DNA of 20,000 nt, taken from assembly GCA_049999805.1 (NCBI GenBank), contig JBNGIO010006371.1, forward strand, positions 372,049-392,048, written 5' to 3'. Source of the stretch: Folioceros fuciformis (taxonomy: Eukaryota). Positions 1-10,446 of this stretch are shown one piece after another. The position numbers and the translations under genes are program-made. The notes beneath the pieces were generated by a model. That model did no database searches. It had not been told where the DNA came from and worked only from the letters and a program-made list of their open reading frames with translations. How positions within the stretch are numbered: position 1 is the first letter of the stretch; each line of letters opens with the position of its first letter.

Positions 1-2
1 AC

Positions 3-2075
3 GGCAGGGTTGTACCAGATTCTGTCACATTTGTGTGCCTCTTGCAGGCATGTGCAGGTCTGGGCAACCTGGCATTGGAGACAGGGAAGCAGCTTCATGC
101 AGAAGTCAATGAACGAGGACTCCAAGCGGATCTGTTCATAGCTGATAGCTTGGTGAACATGTATGCAAAGTGTGGTAGCATGGACGGTGCTCAGAGAGTG
201 TTCAACGCCACTTCGCCAAAAACTGTGGTGATGTGGACTGCAATGATAGCAGGATACTCCCAGCATGGCATGGGACAGGAGGCCCTTCGTCTCTACAGTG
301 TTATGCAAGAAGAAGGCATGGCTGTGCCCAGTTCTGTCACATTTGTGTCTCTCCTGCAGGCCTGTGCAACTGTGGGCACTGCAGCCTTGGAGGAGGGAAG
401 AAGTCTCCACAGGCAAATCAGAGAAGGAGGACATGAAACCGATGTGTGTATAGCCAGCGGTCTGGTGAACATGTATGCAAAGTGTGGCAGCTTGGAAGAT
501 GCGCAGAGAGTGTTTGACTCACTTGGTCAAAAAAACGTGGTGACATGGAATGCTATCATATCAGGGTATGCGCAGCAGGGTATGGGGCATGAATCCCTCC
601 ATCTCTTCAGAGCTATGCAAGCTGAAGGCGTGACTGTACCCGACTCTGTGACGTTTGTGTCTCTCCTGCAGGCATGTGCAAGTGTTGGCACCCTGGAATT
701 GGGGACTGGGAAGCAACTTCATGCACTAATCGAAGGGGGAGGACATGAAGCTGATGTGTTTGTAGCCAGCAGTCTGGTAAATATGTACGCCAAATGTGGC
801 AGCTTGGAAGATGCAGAGAGGGTATTCCACGGAACTCGTCAGAAAAATGTGGTGACTTGGAATGCCATGATAGCAGGGTATTCCCAGGAGGGCATGGTGC
901 AGGAGGCCCTTCATCTCTACAGTGCTATGCAAGCAGAAGGCATGGCTGCTGATCCCGTGACATTCGTTTGCCTCCTGCATGCATGTGTAAGTGTAGGCTC
1001 TGCAGCATTGGAGGAGGGAAGGTGGCTTCATACGCGTATCAGACAGCAAGGACTTCAAGGTGATGTGTTCGTAGCCAGCAGTGTAGTGAACATGTATGCA
1101 AAGTGTGGCAACTTAGAAGATGCTCAAAAAGTGTTCGCCACACTCGGTCAGAAAGACGTGGTAACGTGGAATGCGTTGATATCAGGGTATTCCCAGCAGG
1201 GTATGGGACAGGAAGCCCTTCGGCTGTACAGTGCTATGCAAGACGAAGGCACGGTTGTACCTGATTCCGTGACGTTCGTGTGCCTCTTGCAGGCATGTGC
1301 AAATGTGGCAGCCTTGGGTGTGGGAGCACAGTTGCACTCGCAGATTGTAGAGCAGGGGCTCGAAGCTGACTTGTTTGTAGCCGGCAGTTTGATCAACATG
1401 TATGGGAAGTCTGGGAGCATGATTGACGCACAGCAGGTGTTCGATGAACTGCCCGAAAGAGACATTGTAATCTGGAATGCTCTGATCGCAGGCTACACCT
1501 GTGAAGGACACAGTAAAGTGGTCTTCGAGTTGGTCCAGAAAATGCAACAGGATGGCATGCAGCCAGACAGTATCACATTCCTCAGTGTACTGACAGTGTG
1601 CAGTCACAGAGGACTGGTGAAGGAGGGGCGGGAGCACTTCGAAGCAATGAGCAGACACCACGGCATAGTTCCCACGGAAAACCACTACACGTGCATGGTG
1701 GATCTCCTGGGCCGCGCAGGACAAGTGGATGAAGCGCTATGTATTGTAAGTAGCATGCCGTTACTGCCCAATGCTGCAATCTGGCACACACTGCTGGGGG
1801 CTTGTCGAATGTGGGGCAACGTGGAAGTCGGACTCCATGCTTTCAATGAAGCAGTGAAGCTAGACAACAAAGACCCTGCAGCATATGTATTGATGTCGAA
1901 CATCTACACCAGTGCTCAGATGCAGCAGGGGGCACAAAGGATGCAGGCCAGACGAAAAAGGATCAGGGCATGGAAGCAGCCGGGCCAGAGCTGGTGGACC
2001 GACAGGGAAGGACTGGTGCACAGTTTCTTGGTTGGGAATGAGAAGCATCCACAGCATCTAGCAATGCCTGGATAA
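3..2075 (+). CDS. PLS-class pentatricopeptide repeat (PPR) protein, organellar RNA-editing factor type. E1-E2 plus truncated E+/WW-type DYW N-terminus. 5' end lies outside the window.
   Basis: The frame is open from base 3 (GRVVPDSVTFVCLLQAC) to TAA 2073-2075 and is intronless here. It has regular L-S-P triplets (e.g. S DVFVASSLVNMYAKCGSLEDAERVF, P NVVTWNAMIAGYSQEG, L DPVTFVCLLHAC), about 17 motifs. These end in P2-L2-S2 (DSITFLSVLTVCSHRG, HYTCMVDLLGRAG), then E1 (IWHTLLGACR), E2 (AYVLMSNIY), PG-box KQPGQSWWTD and VHSFLVGNEKHPQ. There is no HxE/CxxC deaminase signature or DYW end. Confidence 0.95.
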   Translation, partial: GRVVPDSVTFVCLLQACAGLGNLALETGKQLHAEVNERGLQADLFIADSLVNMYAKCGSMDGAQRVFNATSPKTVVMWTAMIAGYSQHGMGQEALRLYSVMQEEGMAVPSSVTFVSLLQACATVGTAALEEGRSLHRQIREGGHETDVCIASGLVNMYAKCGSLEDAQRVFDSLGQKNVVTWNAIISGYAQQGMGHESLHLFRAMQAEGVTVPDSVTFVSLLQACASVGTLELGTGKQLHALIEGGGHEADVFVASSLVNMYAKCGSLEDAERVFHGTRQKNVVTWNAMIAGYSQEGMVQEALHLYSAMQAEGMAADPVTFVCLLHACVSVGSAALEEGRWLHTRIRQQGLQGDVFVASSVVNMYAKCGNLEDAQKVFATLGQKDVVTWNALISGYSQQGMGQEALRLYSAMQDEGTVVPDSVTFVCLLQACANVAALGVGAQLHSQIVEQGLEADLFVAGSLINMYGKSGSMIDAQQVFDELPERDIVIWNALIAGYTCEGHSKVVFELVQKMQQDGMQPDSITFLSVLTVCSHRGLVKEGREHFEAMSRHHGIVPTENHYTCMVDLLGRAGQVDEALCIVSSMPLLPNAAIWHTLLGACRMWGNVEVGLHAFNEAVKLDNKDPAAYVLMSNIYTSAQMQQGAQRMQARRKRIRAWKQPGQSWWTDREGLVHSFLVGNEKHPQHLAMPG

Positions 2076-2700
2076 AAGCGTGTTTAAAAGTGTGTTCCAA
2101 AACGAAGAAAGAAGGATAACAAGGTTGATTAAGCAGGGCCTCACCTCAAGGTCCCAAGTAAGCTTTTGCAAGGACTAATTAGCTGATATCCTAGGTGGAG
2201 TCTTAATCTGTCTGATATAGCGGTGGGGTCGTATGACATTACGTGAAAAGTATGAGAATGGCAAAGGTGCGTTGAGCTGGGAGATGTTCAAGCCTTATGT
2301 TCCAAGGAAGACGCTCATAGTTTACCAGTATGAGAGGGTTTTAGACACTTTAGAATGTAGAAATTAGTAGAAGTGTACTACCGCTCACTGAGAGAAAAGG
2401 ACAAATTAAAAGGGGAAAGACACAATGAATTGGAAGATATACACATTATGAAATCAACGTTTTCAAACGTATATACGTATTGATCCTCCACGTCTGGAAA
2501 CCCAGAAGATAACAAGCACCAACGCAAGCAAAGTTCCATCATAAGACAGACGTTGGGAACACCAAGACGCAGATAACAGAACCAGTCAACACGATGTCAG
2601 GAGTGCATGGAGGGCCTCCCTCCTCCACAAAAAACATGCATACACTAAACACAAAAGGAGACACGTGCTGCCTTTGCTCCTGAGAAGATTTGCCCGAAAC

Positions 2701-5600
2701 TCAAACGAACTGGACTTTAGGCTTCACGTCCGCATACATCTGTACAAGCTCCTTCACGACTCGCTTCACACTGCCATTGTTCTTGAACATCAAACGGCGA
2801 TTCTCTTCCAAGTTCGAGAAACCCTTCACAGCAAGAGCGAAAGACGGACTGTCAGAAACGAGCTCTGATGCTGCCACAAGGAACAAATGGAAGTGACAAC
2901 TTTGAGCCTAGCAGCATACCATCTCTTCCAACTCTTCCATGATAGGGTCCCAATCTGCCGCTGACACGAGATCATCCACAGTGCGCTGAAGATCGAAACC
3001 ATTGCTCTCCAGCAAATACTTGTTCAAGGATTTCTCACGGAAGCCCATGGACTCTAACTTCAACAACAGACTGTCGAGTTCACCGAGTTCTTTGTCGAGT
3101 TCACTCACTTCACCTTCGAAGTTCTCCGTCGACACGGATTGGGAAGATGCTGGAATGGAAGATGCACTGTTCCCTACAGGCATTTCAACCACAGAGAACC
3201 CTTCTACCTCGGTGTTCTCAGCCAACGGCACCTCACCAGGAGCAACCTCGTCCGGAAGAGCGGTGACCGGAGAAGGAACATTCGCAGGTACAATATCTAC
3301 AAAGCCAGACTGTTCCTTCTCAAGACTGACCAAGCCAGTGACAGGCGGCTCCTTAATACCTGCAAGATCCTTCTCATCTTCAACCTTACCATCATCCTCC
3401 TTAGACAGTGAGACTTCGGTTTGGTCGGGTGAAGAGATACTTTCCGCATCTTTGGATGCTGAAGAGCTACTTTCCATATCTATGGATGCTGCAAGCTGAG
3501 GTGACTGCTCGCCTTTAGGAACCACCTGCAAAAGCAGGGACAGATACAGATTAAGAACAAAAGAAATACAATCAGATTCCACCTCGCATAATTCCCCACT
3601 CCTACAACACGACCATCGAACATACTTGAATCAGAACCCACACGCGATGACCAAACTTTGGACCGTTAGGGGCCTGCAGACGCCAGTGAGATATGTAACG
3701 GCCAGGCCTTTCTGGGGCCACAAGATCAATGGGAGCATCTAACTCCGCTTCTGGGACCAGACCTCCTTCCGGCATCTGCAAAACTCGATGGTGAACCGAC
3801 TGCTTAAAATGCCATCGCGGCTAAGAAAGCTTTACTTTCAGAACAATGAAGTTGTGTGCGTCTCTACCTGCAAGGGAGTCACTGACGTACCACCCAATGC
3901 ATCTCCTCCAACATGTACCAGCTGGGTATTGTGCGGCCACGGCACAGACCCACTGTTGCGCAACCGCCAAATCTTCGTGAAGTGTGTTCCTGGAGCAAAC
4001 TCTGTTCCATCGAAGATACTAACATCTTGCACGAAGCGAGCATCCGGCTTTGCCACACCAGAAGAAACAGAGCGGCAGCTTGCCCTTACACCAAATTGGG
4101 GGCCACGGAAGGAGGGCATCGCATGCTGGAATGGCCGAGAGAAGGAACCCTGGAATGTTGGGTAGCGGTAAGGCCTCGCCATGGATGATTCGGCTGGTCC
4201 AGGGTAATACGGTCTTCCATAAGAAGCGGAAGGTGGGGGGTGACACACTGGACGTCCCTTCCTCAAGCGAGGTACATCAATTCGCTCGTACTCTCCATCG
4301 TCCACAGTCTCTTTGTAGCAAGAGAGACACAAGTCGTAATCAAACCTCCTGCAGCCAGACTCGACCGTCAAAAGCCGATGACATATTTAAGAGTGCACAG
4401 CAAGAATCACATATTTAAGAGTGCATAGCAATAAGTAAAGACATGGCAACAGCACGTACTTCAGAGATATGAACCGGGATCCAGGTATGGGCGCTATCCC
4501 ACAGCCATCGCACTTGACTCCGTGGTGCAATACCTGACTGGGATGCTCCACGCTAGAGGGCTTGTCCTTCTGCAAGGGTTCGTATCCACCATATCCCACG
4601 TTGGGGTACTGTAGCCTAGAAAACAATGATCCGCGCACGGTGTGCAAATCCACGTCCACATCGGGACGCGGCTCACCACTCTGTGAGTAAGCAGCTGTCG
4701 GCGGAACCGAAGGCTCCTTCTCAGACTGCTTATCACTGCTACTCACGTTCTTCTCACTGTTCCTCGCGTTCTCTGAGCTGGGACTGACGAGTACCTGATT
4801 AGCCTTCAGAGACTTGACAACCCGCTCAAGGGTCCTAATGACAACTGGAGTAAGCTCTCTTCCTGCCTTTTTCACCGCAGCCTCACATTCTGGCACCAGC
4901 TGCTTCACACCTTCTGCTGCGGGGCTCAACGCCCGCAGCGAATACTCCCAGCCCCGCAGCGAACGCTCCAAAATATCGGCTGCTGTCTCACCCGAAACTA
5001 TCCCTGTGGGACCGACGAGTAACTCCAGGAGATGGCGGTACTCCTCCACATCAGTCTTTCCAGTTGGAGGAGGAACTTGTCCATCTGATGCCTTCGCCTG
5101 AGCAGCAGACCCCGGAGAGGAGGAAGAAGATGAAGCGGCCAGAGACGCCGCAGGCGTGGCAGGGGCCGGCGAAACTGACGGGGCAGCTGCCGGAATCACC
5201 ACAGGGCCAGAAGCCGTATGACTCACAGCCAAGTGCAGCGGGTTAAGCTTCTGAGAGAAGCACGCATCCTTCAACTCTTCGGTAGAGTCCATGTCCATAA
5301 ACTCCCCATCTTCGTCCTTATATGCTATTGCAATCTTCTGGGACGCAGGGATGTTGAAGAGATCCCGCACCTTTCGCTCCAAGTCCGAAAACGCCGGAAC
5401 CTCAGCCGTAGGTAGGGTGACGCGGCGAGCACGGCCATTGTAATGTATCTGACAACCACCACCACACCACATCACTTCAGATCAGAGAACCTCAAGAGCA
5501 ACACATTGGCGGTAGCACCCGTCACGGCTGCCATGCGCAAAACAAAGTTCTTCGAACCCCTGAAAGCCACTACCTTGAAGGTAAACCCTGCAGCAGCCAT
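2701..5600 (-). CDS. NBR1: NBR1 / Joka2-type selective autophagy cargo receptor (PB1-ZZ-FW-UBA-AIM-UBA), about 791 aa
   Basis: Hand-built exons with GT-AG boundaries and consistent phase: 5600-5574 (MAAAGFTFK), 5448-4460, 4348-3868, 3775-3626, 3525-2920, 2823-2701 (TGA). PB1 domain has the basic K and acidic YKDEDGE motif. ZZ finger is HHGVKCDGC...YDLCLSC. NBR1/FW domain is RFVQDVSIFDGT...FTKIWRLRNSG...W...YISHWRL...FGHRVWVLIQV. Two UBA domains (LESMGF, LEEMGF...NNGSVKRVV) flank the ATG8-interacting motif WDPI. Confidence 0.96.
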
Positions 5601-6082
5601 GATGATCACAACGTAACTTGCGCCCCCTCAACAGCAACTACCTGCCACAGACAAACCGCAATGAGACCAGGAGCCATCTACACAGCACTCCAAATCAGAT
5701 ACGTCCTACCACTCCGACAAACCCTGACACACCAATTGCCCTGCTCCGCAACGATTGAAAACATAGAATTACAACGAACACCTAGACCATGCAATCCGTT
5801 GCAACATCAGTTTCCAGAATCCAAACGTTCCAACTCTACCCACACAGCATGCACCCATCATGTAACTCACCACTGCAAACTAACAGGCAGGACTGTACAA
5901 GAAAACACAGGCGTTCCGGTTAGCCGCAAGAATCGTTCACGAAAAACGGCTCGGATGCACAAGCCCGCTGGCTGTGCAAACGTAAAGAAGAATTGACAGA
6001 AGAAGGCGGAGAGGAGGAGATGGGTGTCGCGTTCCCGTGAGCCGCGATGTCGGAAGTGAAAATACCCGCGCGCAGGGGCCTC

Positions 6083-6088
6083 TTTATA
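6083..6088 (-). promoter_or_regulatory. Candidate TATA box of NBR1
   Basis: TATAAA on the minus strand about 490 bp upstream of the ATG, followed downstream by a CT-rich stretch (plus-strand agaaggcggagaggagga). A 5'UTR intron is possible (acceptor-like ctgtggcag at 5650-5642). Motif match only. Confidence 0.4.
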
Positions 6089-6812
6089 CTCCCCGCAAAA
6101 CCCTCTCGGTCACGCTTTCCCTTACTCTACCCGACGCCACGTCCACAGCATGGTTTTCACCCAACTACAAGAAGTTGTCCTGGCGCTTTCGTCGCGTTAT
6201 TACTTTCCTGCAAGTAACGGGCCGGGCGGCATGGAACCAGATTTTCAGTATCAGCAATGTCGCAGTTCCCATCTCACGGATCTTCCAGAAAGCTCTACCA
6301 TGCGAGGTTTCCAAGCTCTGGAGCTCGGCCGAGCATCTGGACAGGGCTTTGTCCCGATGGAATGTCCCTCTCTCTCCTTCCTTCCTACGAGAGCTGTGAG
6401 ATTCCAAACTAGAGCGGCCAACAACGGCATCTTTCTCTCAACAGAAAGTAGGAACTAGAGTTCGCATTGAAGGGGTGGAGTAAAAGCTCTCCGCTTGCTT
6501 TGCCGCATAAACATTGAAACTCAACCTGGTGCGAAAACAGGAAGAGTTTGCAACTCCCAATGACATGGAGCCAGCCAACTCCTGCAAGCTTTGATGCCGA
6601 CTCCAAGCACCTTGCCTTTTGGCAGATGTGGAAAGGGGGATTGATGAGGTAGGTCCTTGTGGCAAACACCCGACTTCACCAGCTTTACGATGGCTGCATG
6701 GTTCTCAAGGCGGAATCAACATGAAGGGCCTCTCTCCACAAATGAATCCCCAACCCTCTCTCATGAAGCATGCATTTTTTTTTTTCTTCCATTAGGCTTC
6801 TCAACTTCCTCT

Positions 6813-6983
6813 ATGGCATGCAACGAACTATGAGTTGTCTTCAAATGCCATGTTCTTACAAAAGCTCTTAAATTGAGAAGAAATGTACTCTCCTCCATTA
6901 TTACTCCTAAGATTGTTCAAACAAAAGCTCTTAAATTAAGAAAAAATGTACTCTCCTCCATTGTTACTCCCGAGAGTCTTCAA
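6813..6983 (-). pseudogene. Degenerate Ty1/copia integrase fragment containing a 63-bp tandem duplication
   Basis: Minus-strand translation is LKTLGSNNGGEYIFS*FKSFC-LNNLRSNNGGEYISSQFKSFCK, then a frameshift, then EHGI*RQLIVRCMP*. This matches the copia rve core LRSDNGGEYxSxxFxxFCxxHGIxRQLTVPYTP. The duplicated copies start at 6858 and 6921. Confidence 0.75.
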
Positions 6984-7111
6984 CCATTCTTCCCTAAAGG
7001 AAACAAACCTAGCAAGGCCTCCATCCATAGCTTAAACATTTTGAGTAACTCAATTGGGGTCTACTACTCAAACAATGAGAATGGAACTTTAAACATAAAG
7101 CTGGGAGGCTA

Positions 7112-7659
7112 CTTTCTCTCCTAGCTAGTAGCTAAGTGTGCCAATTGTTGAAGAGGTACCTTTCTCTCCTAGCCAGTGGCTAAGTGTGCCAATTGTTCAA
7201 CAGGGGTCTTTCTCTCCTAGCCTCTGGCTAAGTGTGCCAAATGTTCAATAGGGTCCTTTCTCTTCTAGCCAGTGGCTAAGTGCGTCAATGTGTGCCAATT
7301 GTTCAAAAAGGTCCTTTCTCTCCTCGCTAGTGGCTAAGTGTGCCAATTGTTCAACAAGGTTCTTTCTCTCCTAGCTAGTGGCTAAGTGTGCCAATTATTC
7401 AACAGGGTCCTTTCTCTCCTAACTAGTGGCTAAGTGTGCCAATTGTTCAACAAGGTCCTTTCTCTCCTAGCNNNNNNNNNNAGTGGCTAAGTGTGCCAAT
7501 TGTTCAACAAGGTCCTTTCTCTCCTAGCCAGTGGCTAAGTGTGCCAATTGTTCAACAGGATCCTTTCTCTCCTAGCTAGTGGCTAAGTGTGCCAATTGTT
7601 CAACAGGATCCTTTCTCTCCTAGCCAGTGGCTAAGTGTGCCAATTGTTCAACAAGGGCC
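7112..7659. repeat. Tandem minisatellite, 48-bp unit, at least 11 copies, with an internal 10-N gap
   Basis: Unit is ctttctctcctag(c)(t/c)agtggctaagtgtgccaattgttcaaca(a/g)ggtc. The anchor ctaagt occurs at 7132, 7180, 7228, 7276, 7334 (10-bp insertion before it), 7382, 7430, 7487, 7535, 7583 and 7631. Ns at 7472-7481. Confidence 0.95.
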
Positions 7660-7662
7660 TGT

Positions 7663-7873
7663 TGTGGAATGATGCATTAGGCTCCCTTCTCTTCAAGCTT
7701 AAAAGACTTGCACATAGTCTTGCTAATCTCAATCCGAATAGGAACCAACATATACCATCGGTCCTAAGGTAGTGTCTAAGCGCGCTAACTATGTGAGAGG
7801 GTATGTGGAAGGATGCGTAGGGCTCCCTTCTCCTTAAGCTTAAGAGAATTGAGTGAAGTCTTGCCAATCACAT
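7663..7873. repeat. Diverged direct repeat (about 70 bp, offset 141 bp), probably part of a decayed TE
   Basis: tgtggaatgatgcattaggctcccttctcttcaagcttaaaagac...agtcttgctaatc at 7663 versus tgtggaaggatgcgtagggctcccttctccttaagcttaagagaa...agtcttgccaatc at 7804. Partial copies occur at 7997 and about 8034. Confidence 0.65.
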
Positions 7874-8531
7874 CTTCCTACACTTCAAATCAAGAGCAAA
7901 AGAATGAGATAGTACACTACAAACCAACCTTGCCTCCATGTTTCTACATAGGAACCTACCTAAAATGAAGAGGTAGGCTTCTTCTATCCTAGATAGTGTG
8001 GAAGGATGCAAACTCTTTAAGAAGCATATTAGGGGAGGATGCATTGGGCTTCCACATACTTAAGTATGATGGACTCATAAACAATCTTTCCGGTCGCATT
8101 TTGTGCACCTCAAGTGAAGAGCATGACTTAGAATGCTGCAAACCAACTTCACGTGCGCTGGACCAAGCTCACTTGCTCTTTGTGGAGACCGATAAGAGGA
8201 CAACGTAACTCTTTTTCTTAGAGCGAAATACCATTGCAGTACATCAATCCAGGTGAGTTATGGTGTAATTCCAGACCTGGTTTGCAGCAAAGAGATTCCG
8301 CTTCCAATTTTTGAACCCCCCTTCCAACACAGTGAGAGCTCCGTACCCATGTACACACAGGGAAGGCTGCAGGATGACACTTGTCTACATAGAGACGTGG
8401 CAAACTGCTGGAAGGAGGGACTGATGTGTCTGCTTTTGTGGTATAAGCTGATTTGCTATGGCAGCACAACAAAAAAATATCTGTATTCTGTTTTGTTCTA
8501 TCCTGTCTACGAGTACGGTGCAGACAGGTGT

Positions 8532-10139
8532 TCACTCCTGGACCCACTGCTGGCCGTCGATGAAAGCCTTGGTGAGGAAGGGCTGGGCATCGGCATCCGA
8601 GAGCTCCTTGGCCCAGGGCACCCTTCCAACCTCGCTAGCACCCGGGCCAGTGCATTTGTACTGGCCGTAGAAAACAGTGCTGCACCAACACACGAGGGGG
8701 TCCACCACAACTGGATCAGGAGCTGTTGCCAACATAGAGCAAATGGCGAAAGAATTGTCTGCAATTTTCTTTCCTTTGTCTGCACAGCTGCAGTAAGTAC
8801 TGCCTGGATTCTCGTGCGCTGGGAAAGCATACATACCTCTGGCGGTCAGGCAAGCCCCAGTTGTACCAGCCGACGGGAGTGATGATGTCCGCCAGATAAG
8901 TGTAGGCGAAGACGACTCTAGAGTAGGCTCCCCACGCCCGGCCGAGGTAAATCTGCATGTGGCCCGAGCCCACCACCTTGCAGTTGACGAAGGAGAATCC
9001 CGTGTCCTCGCTGCCGGACTGCCGCTTCTGAGCTGTGAGCGAGCCTGCGCTGCTGCTCCTCTGGATCACGTTTAGCGTGCAACCCTGGGAATTGCGATGT
9101 GCGTCAGCCACTGTGGAGCGTTTCTCCCAACCCACAACAACCGAGAGAGAAGACGAGAGTCCTCTTGCTTGTAGAGGGTCAATTTGCGCACTCCGTGCGT
9201 GCATGTCAGGAAGCCGCTTACATCGTACAAGGAGAGGCCGTCGCCGAAAATGAAATCCACCACGCCCTGGATGAAGCAGTCCTTGAAGTAGTGCCGCCCC
9301 TTGTGATCGTACAGCGTGTCCTGTGCTCCCAGGAATCCGCACCGGTAGAACTCCGCCATGTCCCCAGTGATCATGAGCGCCACCGCCTGCTCCCCAGTCT
9401 CTCCACTGTCTGGCACGGGAGCCGAGTTCTGCGCGTTGCCCACCAGGAATCCGGATCAGAAACGAGTTAGACAACGGATTTGAAGCTGGTGAGCGGCAAT
9501 GCAAGCCAGTGCGATGCATTCAGACCTCGAACGTGATGTCCTGCGCTATGAAATTGGGAGCGCTGATGGAGACGGTGGCGCTCTTGATGGTGGTGCCGGA
9601 GGAACTAGCGGTATCCCCCCAGGTAATCTTAGTTACGTCCTTCCCAGCCCCTTGCAACGTGATGAAAGGCTTGTTCTTTGGGATCACCACCTTCTCCCTG
9701 CACCGGCAACAGGACAATGTGGCCCCGCTCAGGATTCTGCATGAAGGAATCCAACCTGATGCATGCAGAAGCGGGAAGGAAACAGGTCTCACTTGTAGGT
9801 TCCGGCTTTGATCTGGATGACCACCCGCTGCGTCCGCTTCTGGTCGGGCTTGATGGAATTCAGTGCAGCAGTGAGGGAGGTGAAATCCCCTGCCCCACCA
9901 GCATCCACCACTATCACCCTGGCCGGCACTGCGGCCGCCTGCTGCACCGATGCCAGCACCTCGCCAGCGTCAAACTTGGCCAGATTGGTGCTGACTCTCT
10001 GATGCACTCGCTGCACCCAGGACTCGAATCCCCCGTTCAGGTGGTGCCCAACCCCGGGACGGTGGTGGCCACGGGCATCTCCAGGCCCGGCCGAGCCCAG
10101 CACCAGCAGGAATAGTACAAACAAAGCTCCGGGACCCAT
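8532..10139 (-). CDS. Pectin methylesterase (pectinesterase, CE8), signal peptide, no PMEI pro-domain, about 373 aa
   Basis: Exons with GT-AG boundaries and consistent phase: 10139-9793, 9697-9526, 9428-9222, 9084-8837, 8679-8532 (1122 nt). Motifs: [60 protein letters not shown]. The N-terminus is hydrophobic ([11 protein letters not shown]). Confidence 0.96.
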
Positions 10140-10325
10140 CTACCCAGCCAGGGAGCGCTACCTGGCTCCCTGCCAAACGTGGGTGCCCAGAAGAGGAAGG
10201 AAGGAAGCTCAGCGTAGGCAAGGGAAAGGTGGGAGGGAGGGAGGAATGCGGATTCCTGCTCCCAGTCCGAAATGGGCTATGTGCTATGAGGAGGATTCTG
10301 GAAAAGGAAGTCTGAGGAGGCATAC

Positions 10326-10332
10326 ATATATA
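10326..10332 (-). promoter_or_regulatory. Candidate TATA box of the PME gene
   Basis: CTATATATG on the minus strand, about 190 bp upstream of the ATG, in otherwise GC-rich DNA, followed by a pyrimidine-rich leader. Confidence 0.45.
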
Positions 10333-10414
10333 GCACAGCCGGGGCATGCAGTGCAGTGACTGCAATGCAGTGCTGGTGGCGGCTCCGCTTCCATGCCACT
10401 CGCTTCTGCCGTGC

Positions 10415-10446
10415 GGCTGGCTGGCTGGCTTGGCTGGCTAGCTGGC
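10415..10446. repeat. Imperfect (GGCT)n microsatellite
   Basis: ggctggctggctggcttggctggctagctggc read directly. Confidence 0.8.

Noticed and set aside
4380-4432. Near-tandem 23-bp duplication (acatatttaagagtgcayagcaa)
   Set aside because: It lies within NBR1 intron 2 and is an ordinary local duplication with no evident function.
7112-7659. CRISPR-like array
   Set aside because: The units are contiguous with no unique spacers, there are no cas genes, and the context is eukaryotic.
8253-8882. 209-aa plus-strand ORF and other ORFs overlapping the PME, NBR1 and PPR genes
   Set aside because: They are antisense or off-frame shadows of GC-rich exons with no recognisable domains.
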